Assembly (NCBI GenBank): GCA_030618505.1
Contig: JAUXDF010000002.1
Span: 1 to 38,661 of the forward strand
Source of the DNA: Spongiibacteraceae bacterium
GTDB taxonomy: Bacteria; Pseudomonadota; Gammaproteobacteria; Pseudomonadales; PIVM01
Length of the DNA: 38,661 nucleotides
Reading direction: 5' to 3'
In this document: positions 35,206-38,661 of the stretch, piece after piece
Layout: each line of letters opens with the position of its first letter
Position numbering within the stretch: position 1 is the stretch's first letter
Made by a program: the position numbers and the translations under genes
The notes under the pieces: generated by a model
Told to the model about the DNA's origin: nothing
The model's input: only the letters and a program-made list of their open reading frames with translations
Database searches by the model: none

Positions 35206-36363
35206 TTAGGCAAAAAGTTGCTCTTCCCACAAAACATAGGGTTCCGTGCGACTCTTGGATACGTACATCGCCTTATCAGCCTTTTCCTGCAAGCTTTGCA
35301 GATCACAGCCATGATCAGGGTAGATTGCCGCACCGATACTGGCTTTTAACTCTACTGTTGCCTGTTGTAGTAACATGGGTTTTTCGATTTTTTTGAATAG
35401 TTTTTTTGCTACTGCCCCCACTTGTTCTTCACTGTCGATATTATCCAGAATAATCACAAACTCATCTCCGCCGATGCGAGCAATCATATCTGTTTGTCGA
35501 ACACTCAACCTCAGTCGGGTAGCAATGTTAAGTAGCAACAAATCACCTGCCCTGTGACCATAGGTATCATTGATGCCCTTAAAACCATTTAAGTCAATCA
35601 TCAACAAACCAAAACGCTGCTCATAACGGCGAGCACGCTTACTGGCAATATCCAGGTGATGATAAAAGTTTCGTCGATTAGGTAGTTTGGTCAGGGGGTC
35701 ATGGCTGGCAAGAAATTCCAACAGCTCATTTTTTTTCGACAACACTTTGCGCAAGGAGCGGTTTAACGCTGCATAGATGGTAACAACCGAAGAGATGACG
35801 ACACCAACAGCCAAAAGAATAATAATCCAGGCAGTCGAAAAATTTTCGTTTATTATAATTTGCTCGAATTGATACCCGGTTTTCACCAGATAAAATAATA
35901 CCAATAAAGACATTATCATCATAACTGTCCAGACAACACTTAACCTGGTGCCACCTAGCATCGCTGCAATCAAAGGCAATAAAAACAATGCAGGCAAGGT
36001 TGGCGCCAGTGCGCCACCAAAATAAAAGCTGGAAAAGAAAAATACGGCCCAGATAACCGTTAATAATATATTAGCGGCAATTAGGCTTTGTCCGGTTATC
36101 CTAAGCACAGCCAAGCTCAACGAAATACCACTCATTAACAAGATAATCAGAATATTTGCTATCTTGGCGCCAGCAGAAGTTATAGATATCAAATAGGGGA
36201 TTAGTATGCCAATAGTAATAACTATAAATAGAATAGCAAAATTAATATTGACCAGAATTCGGTCACGATAAAGCGCCTCCCCGTCAAGCGCTTGAACTTG
36301 GGGGATAAATAGATCCAGGATGAAAAGCCAGATCTCTTTAAAGCGATCTATTAATTGAAGCAC
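35206..36363 (-). CDS. Membrane-bound diguanylate cyclase (GGDEF)
   Basis: About 200-aa polytopic N-terminal domain. GGDEF domain with RIGGDEFVII active site and an RxxD-type region upstream. Confidence 0.9.
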   Translation of the reverse strand: MLQLIDRFKEIWLFILDLFIPQVQALDGEALYRDRILVNINFAILFIVITIGILIPYLISITSAGAKIANILIILLMSGISLSLAVLRITGQSLIAANILLTVIWAVFFFSSFYFGGALAPTLPALFLLPLIAAMLGGTRLSVVWTVMMIMSLLVLFYLVKTGYQFEQIIINENFSTAWIIILLAVGVVISSVVTIYAALNRSLRKVLSKKNELLEFLASHDPLTKLPNRRNFYHHLDIASKRARRYEQRFGLLMIDLNGFKGINDTYGHRAGDLLLLNIATRLRLSVRQTDMIARIGGDEFVIILDNIDSEEQVGAVAKKLFKKIEKPMLLQQATVELKASIGAAIYPDHGCDLQSLQEKADKAMYVSKSRTEPYVLWEEQLFA

Positions 36364-36525
36364 ACTATTTAACTTATCTATATTATTGTCGTTTCACACC
36401 CTCAAGCCCACATTCCTATGCAGCCTGATAGAAAATAGTACACCTTTATTGAAGGTTCTGCACTTTTTCGTTATTTCGAGCAATCAATAAATCAGGCGCC
36501 AGTAAAGAACTCCGACATTTATCCA

Positions 36526-36534
36526 TGATATAAT
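36526..36534 (+). promoter_or_regulatory. Extended -10 promoter element upstream of rapA
   Basis: TGaTATAAT at 36526-36534, about 90 nt upstream of the rapA ATG. No good -35 element, which is consistent with an extended -10 promoter. Confidence 0.35.
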
Positions 36535-36625
36535 CAACAGACTAGCTCGATACCTTCACTTACTGACTTCAAACCACCTTCTTTTAATTAATCAAACCTT
36601 CAACGCCATATTTACTCTTATTGCT

Positions 36626-38661
36626 ATGACAAACGAATTTATCCCCGGACAACGCTGGATTAGCCTTACCGAACATCACCTTGGTCTTGGTATTATTGTT
36701 GAACTCTCAGGCAGGCAAGTCACCATCAGCTTTCCTGCGGCAGATGAGCGCCGAACCTATGCCATTGATAATGCACCGCTAAACCGGGTACGTTTTCATA
36801 TTGGCGATAGCGTTAGCAACCTTGATGGTGAGGCGCTTACGGTAACAGGCATACATGAAGATGATGGCCTGCTGGTCTATGCCTGCCTCAACAAAGACTC
36901 TCATCAGGTGGTACTGGATGAGCTGGAGCTAGACAGTTTTATCCAGTTCTCGACACCACTGGATCGTTTATTATCGGGACAAATTGATCGCGGCTCGGCG
37001 CTGCAGTTAAGGGTGGAAACTCTCGAGCACCTGCGGGAACTCGATCAGTCCGAGGTATCGGGACTGTTAGGGGCCAGAACCTCACTACTCCCCCACCAAA
37101 TTTATATCGCCCACGAAGTCGGTCGCCGTCATGCCCCGCGAGTATTGCTGGCTGATGAAGTGGGGCTGGGTAAAACGATTGAAGCGGGTTTGATTATTCA
37201 TCAACAACTTTACACCAGCCAGGCACAACGGGTTTTAATACTGGTGCCCGACTCCCTGGTACACCAGTGGTTTATCGAGATGTTGCGCCGCTTTAATCTC
37301 CATTTTTCGATTTTTGATGATGAGCGCATTGCTACCACAGAGATGGGAGTAAACCCCTTTGAGACCGAACAGCTGATTCTTTGTCCTCTCTCCTTGCTCA
37401 GTGACAACCCTCATATTGCATCGGCTGCCAGTGCAGCACAGTGGGACTTGCTGGTCGTTGATGAGGCCCATCACCTTGAGTGGTCGTCCACACAACCCAG
37501 CGCGGCTTATAGCTGTGTTGAGGCGCTAAGCGCCAAAAGCAAAAGTGTCCTGCTGCTGACCGCCACCCCGGAACAGGTCGGCATTGAAAGCCATTTTGCT
37601 CGCCTGCGCCTACTCGACCCGGATCGCTTTTTCGACCTCGAGGCATTTAAACAACAAGAGAGCAGCTACCAGCCATTAAACGAGCTGCTCGAACAACTAC
37701 TGGCCTGCGAGCCAGCGACGATTACTTCAAACACAACACTTATGGATGCACTTGGCGGGTACATTGACACCACTCAGCTCGATGATATTTTGCAAAACAA
37801 GCCAAACCCCGTTGAGAATATAACCGCCCAACTGCTCGACCGTCACGGCACCAGTCGTGTGTTGTTTCGCAATACCCGCGCCGCTATTCCCAACTTTCCC
37901 GTCAGAGCTGCCCATCAATACCCCCTGGAGCAGCCCGCACAATACGCGCATTTAAGTGGCGAGCAACAATTAACACCCGAGCATTTTTACCAGGACGACG
38001 ACTGGGTATTATTTGACCCTCGAGTAAACTGGCTAACTGAGCAATTGAAATTGCTACGCCCGGAAAAAGTACTCGTCATCTGCGCCAATGCACAAAGCGC
38101 CATCACCCTTGAACAGCACCTGCGGCTAAAATCCGGCTTTCGCAGCGCTGTTTTCCATGAAAACACGACGCTGATAGAACGTGACCGAGCCGCCGCCTAC
38201 TTTGCCGATGAAGACGAAGGTGCGCAGGTACTTATCTGCTCGGAGATTGGCAGCGAAGGGCGTAACTTTCAATTTTCCCATCATCTGGTGTTATTTGATC
38301 TGCCCCTTAACCCTGATCTGGTCGAACAACGTATCGGCCGCCTCGATCGTATTGGGCAACGCAACACAATTAATATTCATGTGCCCTTTATTCAAGGCAG
38401 CGCCCAGGAAGTATTGTTCCGCTGGTATCACCAGGGATTAAATTTACTGGAAAAAAGCTGCGGGTCTGGAACGGTAATCTACGAAAATTTTGCCGATGAG
38501 CTGAACAAACAAATTAAAAAACCCGATGCCAAGCTCGATCAGCTAATTGATAAAACCGCGTTATTCGCCGAGCAAACACACGAACAACTACAACAGGGCC
38601 GCGACAAACTACTGGAATTAAATTCCTGCAGAAGTGATATCGCTGAAGATATCATTTACCA
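36626..38661 (+). CDS. rapA: RNA polymerase-associated SWI2/SNF2 ATPase RapA (HepA), 3'-truncated by the window end
   Basis: N-terminus MTNEFIPGQRWISLTEHHLGLG resembles E. coli RapA (GQRWISDTESELGLG). Motif I ADEVGLGKTIEAG, motif II LVVDEAHHL, helicase-C CSEIGSEGRNFQF...DLPLNPDLVEQRIGRLDRIGQ. The frame stays open to 38661. Confidence 0.95.
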   Translation, partial: MTNEFIPGQRWISLTEHHLGLGIIVELSGRQVTISFPAADERRTYAIDNAPLNRVRFHIGDSVSNLDGEALTVTGIHEDDGLLVYACLNKDSHQVVLDELELDSFIQFSTPLDRLLSGQIDRGSALQLRVETLEHLRELDQSEVSGLLGARTSLLPHQIYIAHEVGRRHAPRVLLADEVGLGKTIEAGLIIHQQLYTSQAQRVLILVPDSLVHQWFIEMLRRFNLHFSIFDDERIATTEMGVNPFETEQLILCPLSLLSDNPHIASAASAAQWDLLVVDEAHHLEWSSTQPSAAYSCVEALSAKSKSVLLLTATPEQVGIESHFARLRLLDPDRFFDLEAFKQQESSYQPLNELLEQLLACEPATITSNTTLMDALGGYIDTTQLDDILQNKPNPVENITAQLLDRHGTSRVLFRNTRAAIPNFPVRAAHQYPLEQPAQYAHLSGEQQLTPEHFYQDDDWVLFDPRVNWLTEQLKLLRPEKVLVICANAQSAITLEQHLRLKSGFRSAVFHENTTLIERDRAAAYFADEDEGAQVLICSEIGSEGRNFQFSHHLVLFDLPLNPDLVEQRIGRLDRIGQRNTINIHVPFIQGSAQEVLFRWYHQGLNLLEKSCGSGTVIYENFADELNKQIKKPDAKLDQLIDKTALFAEQTHEQLQQGRDKLLELNSCRSDIAEDIIY

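Noticed and set aside
36626-38661. Absence of rapA from the ORF track, considered as a possible pseudogene or frameshift
   Set aside because: The frame is continuously open from the ATG at 36626 to the window end, and all SNF2 motifs are in one frame. It is missing only because no stop codon lies within the window.
1-38661. Phage-defence island, prophage, integrative element or CRISPR-Cas
   Set aside because: No integrase, transposase, nuclease/helicase defence pair, toxin-antitoxin-sized gene pair, tRNA attachment site or repeat-spacer array was found.

Overview
Dense 38.7-kb segment with about 31 protein-coding genes. It is probably from a marine-type gammaproteobacterium, judged from the RapA N-terminus, the RND pump and GTAG-headed REP elements. 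I found no rRNA, tRNA, CRISPR array, integrase or transposase gene. Housekeeping and ordinary content: ArsR-family regulator, GMC oxidoreductase, patatin-like lipase, serine hydrolase, small radical-SAM protein, RND efflux pair, MaoC dehydratase, orphan solute-binding protein, small OM beta-barrel, GGDEF cyclase, and the 5' two-thirds of rapA. The standout is a 6.2-kb minus-strand operon (14085-20296) with overlapping stop/start codons. It encodes a membrane protein with two H-x13-H helices (di-haem-b signature), a secreted cytochrome with 21 CxxCH motifs, a second with 21 CxxCH plus one CxxxCH, and an AMIN+TPR+beta-barrel outer-membrane protein. Diverging from it are a membrane-anchored 2x[4Fe-4S]/FAD-NAD(P) oxidoreductase and a secreted Sel1/ankyrin-repeat protein. 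I read this as a candidate trans-envelope electron conduit whose parts do not match the Mtr or Pcc architectures; this is inference only. Other accessory-looking modules are a response regulator(TPR)-histidine kinase-periplasmic rhodanese-MCP string, a 950-aa gluzincin + PD40 propeller + Omp85-barrel fusion, and a DUF1538-DUF1538-PII-like-CBS operon. There is also a BigR/SqrR-type two-cysteine ArsR repressor whose promoter shares a 10-mer with the promoter of a secreted DUF442-like phosphatase/sulfur-transferase gene 35 kb away. Non-coding structure includes a ~140-bp MITE-like insertion with an 8-9-bp target duplication that contains the stop codon of the GMC gene, three copies of a GTAG-headed REP, and two other GC-rich palindromic elements. 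All functional calls come from motifs read by eye. No database search was run.
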